DNA of 64,000 nt, from NCBI RefSeq assembly GCF_964194025.1, contig NC_134471.1, positions 70,680,001 to 70,744,000 on the forward strand, read 5' to 3'. Positions within the stretch are counted from its first letter, which is position 1, and the number at the start of each line of letters is the position of its first letter. This stretch comes from Convolutriloba macropyga. Its lineage: Eukaryota. Both the position numbers and the translations under genes were made by a program. Positions 38,157 to 49,275 of this stretch are shown piece by piece. The notes beneath the pieces were generated by a model. It ran no database searches. It worked only from the letters and a program-made list of their open reading frames with translations, and was not told the DNA's origin.

Positions 38157-41100
38157 AGTTCACTTTAATTATCAAATTCCTTTAAAACTAACGCAGCCAA
38201 TTAACCCACGGTTTAACTTGTATTCAAAAATCAAGCCATTGCCAACACTTTTTCTCCGCCAGCTTTGATCCAAATTGATATCAGGGCTGCTCACTTCCGC
38301 CATTTCCGGTGATGGCTGTTTTTCCTTTGGCTGTCATCCTTCGGCTGTTTTTCTTTCCCAGATAGTTATATTGCGTTTCTAGCACAATTTGTGTAAAATT
38401 CTTGCACAATTTGGAGTTAGAAACAATTGGACTCGCACACGGACTCGGTCAGTTGTTTGTTAAGATGATGGGAAGGCCAATTGTGCACCTGGAATTGGGT
38501 GTTTTGGACTACTATTAACTTCTGAACACCCATCGTTGTAGGGAGTGATTTTCTATTATGGACGCTGAAATTAGCAAACCGATTATCAAAACTGGCTGAA
38601 TATTTACGATCAGTGGTACCACTGACTGAATCAGGCATTGGAAGAAAAATAACCGGAGGATGTGGGTGGGAACTCCCGTTGTGAACCGTGATTCAATGTA
38701 GACCTTTGATGAGATTTTAGTTCGGGCTGAAGATTTTGCCGTTAACTGAAGATTCGTTCACGTTACGGGGCATAAAGGGGATTTCGAAACGAAATGGCCG
38801 CTAGGTTTGACGTAGTGGAGTCAAAAACTTTTAGACATGCAAAAAATGTGGCTGATAGGTTTGGACAGATGAGGTTGGGAGTCAATACAGTTTTAATCTT
38901 GAACCCATTAATTAGTTATTAATGGATATTTTGAAGTTCACTTTAATTATCAAATTCCTTTAAAACTAACGCAGCCAATTAACCCACGGTTTAACTTGTA
39001 TTCAAAAATCAAGCCATTGCCAACACTTTTTCTCCGCCAGCTTTGATCCAAATTGAGATCAGGGCTGCTCACTTCCGCCATTTCCGGTGATGGCTATTTT
39101 TCCTTTGGCTGTCTTCCTTCGGCTGTTTTGCTTTCCCAGATAGTTATATTGCGTTTCTAGCACAATTTGTGTAAAATTCTTGCACAATTTGGAGTTAGAA
39201 ACAATTGGACTCGCACACGGACTCGGTCAGTTGTTTGTTAAGATGACGGGAAGGCCAATTGTGCACCTGGAATTGGGTGTTTTGGACTACTATTAACTTC
39301 TGAACACCCATCGTTGTAGGGAGTGATTTTCTATTATGGACGCTGAAATTAGCAAACCGATTATCAAAACTGGCTGAATATTTACGATCAGTGGTACCAC
39401 TGACTGAATCAGGCATTGGAAGAAAAATAACCGGAGGACGTGGGTGGGAACTCCCGTTGTGAACCGTGATTCAATGTAGACCTTTGATGAGATTTTAGTT
39501 CGGGCTGAAGATTTTGCCGTTAACTGAAGATTCGTTCACGTTACGGGGCATAAAGGGGATTTCGAAACGAAATGGCCGCTAGGTTTGACGTAGTGGAGTC
39601 AAAAACTTTTAGACATGCAAAAAATGTGGCTGATAGGTTCGGACAGATGAGGTTGGGAGTCAATACAGTTTTAATCTTGAACCCATTAATTAGTTATTAA
39701 TGGATATTTTGAAGTTCACTTTAATTATCAAATTCCTTTAAAACTAACGCAGCCAATTAACCCACGGTTTAACTTGTATTCAAAAATCAAGCCATTGCCA
39801 ACACTTTTTCTCCGCCAGCTTTGATCCAAATTGAGATCAGGGCTGCTCACTTCCGCCATTTCCGGTGATGGCTATTTTTCCTTTGGCTGTCTTCCTTCGG
39901 CTGTTTTGCTTTCCCAGATAGTTATATTGCGTTTCTAGCACAATTTGTGTAAAATTCTTGCACAATTTGGAGTTAGAAACAATTGGACTCGCACACGGAC
40001 TCGGTCAGTTGTTTGTTAAGATGACGGGAAGGCCAATTGTGCACCTGGAATTGGGTGTTTTGGACTACTATTAACTTCTGAACACCCATCGTTGTAGGGA
40101 GTGATTTTCTATTATGGACGCTGAAATTAGCAAACCGATTATCAAAACTGGCTGAATATTTACGATCAGTGGTACCACTGACTGAATCAGGCATTGGAAG
40201 AAAAATAACCGGAGGATGTGGGTGGGAACTCCCGTTGTGAAACGTGATTCAATGTAGACCTTTGATGAGATTTTAGTTCGGGCTGAAGATTTTGCCGTTA
40301 ACTGAAGATTCGTTCACGTTACGGGGCATAAAGGGGATTTCGAAACGAAATGGCCGCTAGGTTTGACGTAGTGGAGTCAAAAACTTTTAGACATGCAAAA
40401 AATGTGGCTGATAGGTTTGGACAGATGAGGTTGGGAGTCAATACAGTTTTAATCTTGAACCCATTAATTAGTTATTAATGGATATTTTGAAGTTCACTTT
40501 AATTATCAAATTCCTTTAAAACTAACGCAGCCAATTAACCCACGGTTTAACTTGTATTCAAAAATCAAGCCATTGCCAACACTTTTTCTCCGCCAGCTTT
40601 GATCCAAATTGAGATCAGGGCTGCTCACTTCCGCCATTTCCGGTGATGGCTATTTTTCCTTTGGCTGTCTTCCTTCGGCTGTTTTGCTTTCCCAGATAGT
40701 TATATTGCGTTTCTAGCACAATTTGTGTAAAATTCTTGCACAATTTGGAGTTAGAAACAATTGGACTCGCACACGGACTCGGTCAGTTGTTTGTTAAGAT
40801 GACGGGAAGGCCAATTGTGCACCTGGAATTTGGTTTTTTGGACTACTATTAACTTCTGAACACCCATCGTTGTAGGGAGTGATTCTTGTTCGTTTTAGGG
40901 AGTGATTTTCTATTATGGACGCTGAAATTAGCAAACCGATTATCAAAACTGGCTGAATATTTACGATCAGTGGTACCACTGACTGAATCAGGCATTGGAA
41001 GAAAAATAACCGGAGGATGTGGGTGGGAACTCCCGTTGTGAACCGTGATTCAATGTAGACCTTTGATGAGATTTTAGTTCGGGCTGAAGATTTTGCCGTT

Positions 41101-41295
41101 AACTGAAGATTCGTTCACGTTACGGGGCATAAAGGGGATTTCGAAACGAAATGGCCGCTAGGTTTGACGTAGTGGAGTCAAAAACTTTTAGACATGCAAA
41201 AAATGTGGCTGATAGGTTCGGACAGATGAGGTTGGGAGTCAATACACAGTTTTAATCTTGAACCCATTAATTAGTTATTAATGGATATTTTGAAG
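38157..41295 (+). repeat. Four-copy tandem array with a 778-bp unit and near-identical copies
   Basis: Units start at 38157, 38935, 39713 and 40491 and differ by a few substitutions. Copy 4 has an extra 23 bp (cttgttcgttttagggagtgatt) and an extra ac. Confidence 0.98.
38465..38840 (+). pseudogene. Decayed paralogue of the RNase H exon; repeated at 39243-39618, 40021-40396 and 40799-41197
   Basis: After the acceptor ttgttaag it reads DGKANCAPGIG.., EISKPIIKTG*IFTISGTT, *IRHWKKNNRRMWVGTPVVNRDSM*TFDEIL, RFVHVTGHKGDF/NEMAARF..KTFRH. This is colinear with exon 36675-37108, with stops, frameshifts and loss of the TNNxAE helix. Confidence 0.85.
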
Positions 41296-43148
41296 GATAA
41301 GCTGATGGTTGCTCCGATTTATAAATCTTGATTGTCCACCTGGTGTTGTGTGTAGTTGTTTTGAGCACGATGAAAAGCTATTTAAATATACCTAATAATA
41401 AAGGTAGTAAATGCAAATTTCGGTTTATTTTCCCTTCGGTTAATATTAAGGTCGCAGAATATTGCAGTAGTTATTAGGTTCTGATTATTAGAGTGAAGTT
41501 TCGAGTCATCTAGCGTCGAGCTTCCTTGCCATCAGAGCGTGGCTTGAGCAATATAAGTTTTGTGCCTTACCGCCACTTTTGAGTTTGTTATTGCAAAACT
41601 ATTAGTGAGGAGAGTTGTTTTAGATTTATAAGTTTCTACAAGGACAAATGTCATGCAAAAACCAAAGCCATAGGAAAATGTTTTTGTTCAATAGAGGAAG
41701 GTTTTTTGGCTTTTCAAATTTGGTGCGCTGTGTATTGTCTTTGGGCATGGATCCTTTGCTCAGATTTAATTTAAAAGCTATTTTCTAATTGTGTTCCTTA
41801 TTGGACCTTTGGTTACTTTTTTGTCGATGTTCAATGTGAAAATGTGTAGTGATGTGTGTGATGGTTCATATTATCTGCTTAAAAACAAAATTCGTCATAT
41901 CTATTTTGTTTATATTAAGTTTCATTTTTCTTTCACTTGCCACTCGCACGGTTAGGTAACTCATGATAACTTGGAACATGACATGACTTACTGTCTGAAT
42001 CGGTGTAGGCGAGAGAAGGGGGATCAGAATAAGAATAGATCTCAATTTCAGGGAGGCGACGAAATTTTCGGACTTCGAAAATCACTTGTTTCCTCTTCAT
42101 TATTCGTATACTGCTTAGTCCAATTAAGAGTCACAACGCAAGCAAAGGTTCTGAAAGTTAGTGTGGTACTGAGGTCAGAAGTCATGATTCACATCTGAAA
42201 TATGACAAAGATTTTGCTAAATAAATCGTGAACTATAATTGATCCTATTGAAGCTCATTTGCAAGTTCAGCCTTTTTCGAACGTTCGCTTTCGATTTAAT
42301 TTTATGGGACCGACTACAGAATTGTGCATTTTCTTTTATAGACACCAAATCAATTCTAATCAAATGGTTCTAAATGGTTCTTCAAATGGTTCTAAAAAAT
42401 CAAATTCTAAGCAAATTGAGAGTAAAAAGTTATGTCTTTTCAAAATGACTTACAGAATGAGGCACGTTAAGTGAGCTGGTCTAAATTTGACAAAATATGT
42501 GTGCTGGTAGTGAAATGATCTTTGACGATGGACAATAAAAGTACGCTTTTGCATTTTTCAAACCAGGCCTCCTGGCTGTCAATTTCATCACAGCTTTTGT
42601 TCTCTCCTTGTTGTAGCTTGATGGATTCTTGTATGGTCCTGCTCATGTATTGCTTGTTTAGAGCTATCTCTTATTAGTGCGAACGAGGGGAGGTGGGGGG
42701 GTATTATCTACCGAGTGCATACAGCGTTGTTGATTGTTTTTATTTCCCCTAATCCTCCCCTCGTACGTCCTTTGTTGCGTGCTCCAACACGCAATCATTA
42801 GAGCTCTTATCAATAAAATGAGATATAGTTCACAGTATGGACTCCTAAAGCACTTTCGACGTAAAGGAACTCTAATAAAATGTGTAACTTGACTAGAATT
42901 CAGTCAAATCTTTAGCTAAGCTAATTTTGATATTTCTTAGCTGGTTGACCAAAAGGTACCCAACTCCCCGTTTTTATCGGTTGTTTTTGCACGAGTTGAT
43001 TCTGGTTCCATATAAGGAACTAGAAACATGACGATTGAATGCAATAGTTGACCCGGTAATTGTGACAAAGGAGGTGTTTTTGTTGACGTTGCTGGTTCCA
43101 GTGGCTACTGTTGGAATCCTCAAATATTGTACCGGATTCTATGTCGAC

Positions 43149-43179
43149 ATCGCTTCTCGGCCTTTTGGCTAAGATCATG
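43149..43179 (+). ncRNA. U2: U2 snRNA 5' fragment (3'-truncated pseudogene)
   Basis: atcgcttctcggccttttggctaagatca equals the conserved first 29 nt of metazoan U2. The branch-point recognition sequence and the rest of U2 are absent. Confidence 0.9.
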
Positions 43180-43190
43180 CAAATTATCCT

Positions 43191-44684
43191 ACAATTATCC
43201 TCCCGGATGCCAACTATGCCCAAGCGGTTGTGGACAACATCACCAAAACCGCCTCTTCCCTCCATATGACCTTTAACATCAAAAAATGCGGGGTCATGAA
43301 TGTAAACCACGATGTTTTCATGAACATGGAACCGATCCCCGCCACGCCAAACTACAAGTACCTCGGCGCCTGGGCTAACAACGAAAAGCTTGTGGGCTTG
43401 AACGATGCCTTCAATTTAGTAAAAGCCGACTGCGATCTGATCCTAAACAGCGACTTGACCCCAATGCAAAAGTTGCACGCAGTCAGGACGCACGTTCTGC
43501 CAAAGCTCTATCATTTAATTCAAAACACGTCTCCCCTACAATCTCATCTGAAGAAGATTAATGCATATATGAGGAAAGTGGTCAAAATAATCTGCTTCCT
43601 ACCTGAAAAGGCAACTTCAAGCTATTGCCACCTTAGCAGGATACATGGGGGGCCAGGAATACCTGACGTCGTTTGGCTGCGGCGCACGAATATAATTACG
43701 TCCCTTATCGCCTGCATGAATCAGGAACCAGAATTCACAGAAATAGCACGGGAGATTCTGGGAGTCGAGAACCTCCATGCAATTGTTGATAAAATAAACT
43801 CCGGTGAACGAGCTGGCTTGCACCCTGTCCTGAAAGAAGTTTCTTCGGCTTTAAAAGCGTTTAGCAGTGAAAATGAGGCGGAATACCAACTCAAAGCAAA
43901 TGACAGAAACCATCTAATCCTGACGAAAGATGGAAAGTTCATACCCTTCTACTCCACTCACTTGAAAGCTGTGTCCAACATGTTACCTCTCCGTCAGCTT
44001 TTAAAATGCAAGAACCAAGGACGGTTCTTTGAAACATTGCAACACTCACCTGCGGCAACAAGATCAATCTACAATTTCCATACAAAGATGTGCGATTGGC
44101 GTTTTGCTCACAAAGCAAGACTAAATCTAAGCCCCTTGAAAGGTTCAATAACGTGGACAGATCAAATAAATAAAAACTGCAGACGTTGCCAACTAGGCGA
44201 CGAAACCCTGAACCACGTGTTGAATTCATGTCCAGCCCAAAAGAAAGAAATTGTAGGACGACACAATAAAGTACGCGACCACATTGAAAAGTGGATACCT
44301 GACCATGTCACCTTTTTTTCGGAACAGCGTTTTGGCGACTGCCAACCCGATTTCGTCATCGAAACGGACACTCAATACATTATTGCAGATGTGAAGATCT
44401 CAAATGAAAACCCATCCTTATGGAATCGAATTCATAGCAATAATGCAACCAAATACGAAAAATTAAAAAACTACTTTGCCAACCGAGGAAAGCCAACAAG
44501 TGTTGAGACACTTCAGTTTGGATGCTTGGGATCGGCCTCGATGTCGTGCGCTAAAACCTTGAAAAAGATCATGCAAAGTCAACGGAAAACAAACGCCACA
44601 CTTCGAGCAATCTCAAATATACTTGTCCACCAGGCACGTAATCAAACTGTTACCCACCTTACCGGGAAGCACCAAAATGAGTGA
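43191..44684 (+). CDS. C-terminal part of the RT-RLE polyprotein (open frame, truncated just after the YADD position)
   Basis: TIILPD..MTFNIKKC, YKYLG, GGPGIP, CRRCQLGDETLNHVLNSC, RHNKV and QPDFVIETDTQYIIADVK. Confidence 0.88.
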   Translation, partial: TIILPDANYAQAVVDNITKTASSLHMTFNIKKCGVMNVNHDVFMNMEPIPATPNYKYLGAWANNEKLVGLNDAFNLVKADCDLILNSDLTPMQKLHAVRTHVLPKLYHLIQNTSPLQSHLKKINAYMRKVVKIICFLPEKATSSYCHLSRIHGGPGIPDVVWLRRTNIITSLIACMNQEPEFTEIAREILGVENLHAIVDKINSGERAGLHPVLKEVSSALKAFSSENEAEYQLKANDRNHLILTKDGKFIPFYSTHLKAVSNMLPLRQLLKCKNQGRFFETLQHSPAATRSIYNFHTKMCDWRFAHKARLNLSPLKGSITWTDQINKNCRRCQLGDETLNHVLNSCPAQKKEIVGRHNKVRDHIEKWIPDHVTFFSEQRFGDCQPDFVIETDTQYIIADVKISNENPSLWNRIHSNNATKYEKLKNYFANRGKPTSVETLQFGCLGSASMSCAKTLKKIMQSQRKTNATLRAISNILVHQARNQTVTHLTGKHQNE

Positions 44685-46678
44685 AAAACTCCGAAAGTTT
44701 AACAATTTCCGCTGAACTCCTTATCCTTTACTTTTGTACTAAACTTATTTCCCTTTTGTTTTGTTCTTTTTCTCTTGACTCAAATATCATCGGATGATTT
44801 TGTGCTATTCAAATCTGTAAACAATAATTATCTGTATTATTCTGTGATATTAATTCAATATTCTATCTGTTCTTGTCAGCTTAATATCTGGCATGTCGGG
44901 CATTGCCTGGCACCAATATTAAACTGCTTTTTGATCCTCGGATCCGACAAAGAAGCTTGCTTCAGTCGGTCCACGGATCGTCCCGGTCCTACACTACCGC
45001 CGGGTACGGTCCATCAAAATAAAGAAATATTGGAGTCTCAGCTTTGAAGCATGCTGGATTAACGCTACCAGAATAGAATCATGATGTTTGTTGCGTTCCA
45101 GAAGCTTTGCCGAGTCTGTTGAGGTACTGTTTCCTTATTGTTCGTTTCCTCAGCTTCATCTATTTAATGGTCCTCTGCCCCCATTAATTTCAAATTGAGA
45201 TTTTCTCCTCTGAATTTGAGGATTGACATTTATCTATTGCCAATTCCATTATGTTCATCTACACAATTTCCGAGTGCATGAAGATCATATTGAGCGTGCC
45301 AGAAGATCTTTCCTACTGCTAACATCTTGAAATCGTTGGCAAAAATTAATAGACGGGGCAAAAGCAGAACATTGGACAGGTCATTTGTGAAGATGAATAA
45401 CAAAAAAGACCTATTAAGGATCCATATGCAAGCCCGCTTGTGATTTTTAGTACATTAGCTTCTTTTCTCAACACGTGTAGACTGCTTTTGGTTATGTATA
45501 TATGTTTAGAAGTCTGTCCCTTTTTCGTGAATGGGGGTAACAGTTTTGATTTTCCAACTGTCTGGAATTTTCTGGAGCCTCTTGTTTTTTTTTCGGAACA
45601 ATGTACTATATTCGTAATATTTCGACTAGTATGTCGGTCGAAGCCCGGGTATTCCATTTGGGCCTTGAGGTTTTTGGACTGCTAATGACTGAATTATACT
45701 TCGTATTTTTTGGTTTCCGTATACCGAAGTTTGTGCTCACCGGAGTATGAAAGTCTATTTTGCTAAAATTAATTTTTGGTGAGAAAACGAAGTGAAAGAA
45801 CTGATTTAACATATTGGATTGTTGATACAGAACTTTACGTTGTTTCTCTCCATGATATAAGACATTTGGAAGGTTGGAAGGCTAGAATACCTATTTAGGC
45901 TTTTAGTTGTTTGAAAATTATATCGGTATCCTTTGTGTTCATGAGTGTTTTGGTATCCCTTGATTTCAATCCTCACTCGAAGTGTCTCATTGCTAAATAC
46001 ACTGAAATCTTTATTCCTTTTGAGGACTCGAGTCGTGACTAAGAAAGTAAGCCCAATTGTTTTCTTCAAACATGTTTCAAATGACGTAGTTTTTTCTCAC
46101 AACAGAGAGCAATTAACATTTTTATGGAGCTGTACGCGAATTCCGATAGTCATAAGATTAAACACTGGTTTCTTCTTACAAATCTGATTACGTAATTATC
46201 GGATTTGATATATGGTGTTCGTTTGTGTTGAGATTAGACAAAACTTTGATAAAGTTGCCGCCCACAGTCGACTTTTTCAACGATTGTTATTTATTTTATG
46301 ATGAGCTAAGAGAGAGGAAATTTTTTCGAATTGTAGAAAATCTTTTTATATACGCATTTCTTTAAACTCATTTATTTTTTAGTTATTTGTTGCAGCTTTG
46401 GCTCTAAAAGAAACTACAGAGAAGCAAATTCGATTCGAGTTTTTTTCGTGGTCAAGGGATCTGCTAGGCCAGCAGCGCGAGTTTTTAAACAGGTCAACTG
46501 AGCTGGAATAGGGAATTTTTGGAACTAATTTTGTGACTTCAAAATTGGTCGATAAACACCACAGTTTTTACTACACTCCAGTTCTCAAAATTTATTGTTC
46601 ATTTCGGCTGTTTTGTTCCTCTACGTGCGTCATTTAGATACTTATGATAATAAGTTATCATTAACAGATCTTTGGATC

Positions 46679-46709
46679 ATAGCTTCTCGGCTTTTTGGCT
46701 AAGAGCATG
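46679..46709 (+). ncRNA. U2: Second, older U2 snRNA 5' fragment
   Basis: atagcttctcggctttttggctaagagcatg has 3 mismatches to 43149-43179 and the same 3' end point. Confidence 0.8.
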
Positions 46710-49275
46710 ACCTAACTTGAGGGCCTTCTGCGTTTTGAGAAGTTTTTTTGCTTTGAACATGTGTTTTCAGGTTGCTGTGTTAAATTACTCCCGTTGATTA
46801 GCGGTTTGGATTCTGATTTGGTTTCCCCTCGTTTTAATTCGTTTATAAACAAATGAAATGCGCGCGTATTTGCATTTGCCTCAACAAATATGCTGAGCGC
46901 TTGTATTACCCTGCAGTAGTTGGTTTTTAATAAACTCTGAAGTAATTTGCCCTTTGTAGTTTTGACATTATCATCGATAGGTCTCTTAGGTTCTTAATAG
47001 AATGCAAGCTGATTGAATTAATGTTTTCGGTTTAAAGCTTTTTATTTCTTTGACTGTGAAACTAACTGTTTCCAAGAAAGTTTGGCGATTTTTTTTAGTT
47101 TTGTCTAGAAATGTTGATTTTGTTGTCTGATCTCTTAGTCTCATTAATTTCACGTGTCATCAGTTGCTAAGGATGTCTAAATCAATCAATTTAATCGTTT
47201 CAGGACATAGATTTTGCTTTCTCTCAATTGAATGCTGTTCGTTTTCAAAAAATTTTAGTGAGTATTTGAGTTTTTGCATGTATTTGTCATACTTATTGTT
47301 GTCTTATCACTTATTCTGTATGATGACGAGTCTTTTCGGTTGCTAATGAAGAATAAATCACTTATTCTGAATAATGACAATTCTCTTTGGCTGCTAATGA
47401 AGATCTTTATTTCTTTGAAAAATTCTTTCAGTGCATAGCTAATGATTTTGCTGACTTTTATACTACTATTGTTTAAAAACTATACGCCAATTCCTTATTT
47501 TTGGAAAATCTGTTGTTTTTTCGTTGTCTTAATTTTATTCTCATTTATGACAAGTTTGATTGGTTACTAATGAGGAAAGTGCATCTAATAGGGTGCTTTT
47601 GTCCATAGGAATTGATTTTTTGATTTTGACACTTCCCTTGAAACATTGAAGTTAATGTTTTAATCTTACTTTGTTTTTCCTGGGGTCCTGCCGCTCACTC
47701 TCTAAAAAAGAAACAGTTATTGGCCTTGTAGTGCGGCGTCATTGACTGAGATACCGTTTGTTTTCGAATTGTTTAAATGAATTTGTGTATCTTCATTTGT
47801 AGTTCTATTGTCCCTTTTTCAGCCGTGGAAAAAGAACTGGTAAAAGGTATTTTACGGCTTTGAAATTTTTTTTGCTACGCTGTGGTTTTAGATTCTGGAA
47901 TGCAGTTATGTGTTTATTTTACTTTGAATCCTGATTTTCAAAAATTTTCTAACTTCTAATTGCCTTAAACCTGGTAAGAGCAAATTAGCTCTCTGCATGA
48001 TCAGCGCACTAAGAGGCAACAGATACGTTATACCGCAGTATTATAAAGTGTGCTCTACGCTCCTGCTTTTAACGGTTGACTTTTTTAAATCGAACTGTGA
48101 CAATGATTTTTGGCTTCCTTTAACATCGTCACAGTCGTTAGGCTAACTTGACGTTTGGCTGAAATTTCCAGGAAAAACATAAAATTGCAACTTATTAAAT
48201 CGTCCTCATAATATGTTCTATATAAAGTGTCCTTTTGTTGCCAGATTACATTCTTTTGCACAGATTTGGTGGGTTTTCTTAAAAAGTCTGAAGTCTGCTC
48301 TCTGGACTTAAGTTGCTTTATGTCAGAGTTACTTTAAACAGTAAATAAAAGTTTTTAATGTGAGCAAAGGCTGTAAGTTTTTTAACCACGGCTCTGTTTA
48401 AAATGGCAGTACCAGTATTTTTTGGTTGGTTGAATACAATTCATGATCACTAACGCATTTTCTGCCGAGTGAGAGAAAATGATCCAGAAATTTGTTACGT
48501 TGCTTAGAATTCAAATAATGGCTTGACCTATGAGCAGTTTTTACCTATAAAGTGTTCTGTGGAAAGTTGAGTACATGGTCCCATGCACCAGAAAATCTTC
48601 TTTATCCTGAAAATCGCTTCGTTGACTTAGGATTCAAAGAGCTACAGGAATACCAACAAGGTGATCAAAAGCTGATGAGCTTATGGCCAATTGCATTGGC
48701 AAATGTCAACTAGCATTTTCTTACATCCATCTTTGCATCAGCTGGTTGATTTCATTACCGTGATCGGCGATTTTTTTCAGAATGCCTTAAATACTGAGAT
48801 TGTAAAGTTCTTTCTGTAATGTATGCAATTATTATAATGTTAGGAAGAGGGTCACCAGTGGTTATCTTCACTGAAATTTGAAAGACTCCTCAAGCTATTC
48901 AGTAAGATTATCGCGACAATTAGGTTAATGAATAGATCAATTTAACTTAAAGCAATCTCAAATGAATGCATCAGCAACGTATATTTTTTTTCTTTCATTC
49001 GTCAAAATCTGCAGAAATAGGCCTAAAACTTACACTTCAAAGTTCTGATAAAAACGCTACTTTACTGAAATTAAGTTAGATTGAGTTATGCCTTTTGTTT
49101 GCATGTCTGGTTTTGATCATTTATGGTTGATTTTTGGATGTTTTTAACCGTTTACCATGTTCTTTTTCAGATAATGTAAATATCTGATTTAATTTTCTCT
49201 TTCCGTTCATCTTGCATGAATTGCGTTGCGTGCGTCCGCTTCTAGTGAAGAAATAAAATAAACATGATCTAATCA

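Larger units (their letters stand above)
43130..45024 (+). mobile_element. 5'-truncated non-LTR retrotransposon with a restriction-like endonuclease (R2/NeSL superfamily, possibly Utopia-related), chimeric with a U2 fragment
   Basis: Target-site duplication aaatattg at 43122-43129 and 45025-45032. The ORF has the RT thumb, a CCHC knuckle, RHN and PD..D.K. The 3' UTR carries AATAAA just before the right duplication. Confidence 0.88.
42950..46200 (-). mobile_element. Old CR1/L2-type LINE RT fragment, interrupted by the RLE element
   Basis: Minus strand: GPNGIPG, KIPDSWKIKTVTPIHEKG, SGLAYGSLIG..FTNDLSNVL..IFANDFKML. It reads on across the aaatattg duplication. Boundaries are approximate. Confidence 0.65.

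Noticed and set aside
38417-40979. Repeated 73-aa minus-strand ORFs (MPDSVSGTT...)
   Set aside because: They are the antisense shadow of the RNase H pseudo-exon and recur only because of the tandem array.
38157-41295. Array considered as an SL RNA, snRNA or 5S gene cluster
   Set aside because: No recognisable RNA gene; the unit is explained by the RNase H pseudo-exon and its flanks.
43020-45350. Flanks of the RLE element first read as a second macrodomain (QHASKLRLQYLRIP)
   Set aside because: The wider context (GSLIG..NDL..FAND motifs upstream on the same strand) shows they are the C-terminal part of a LINE RT.
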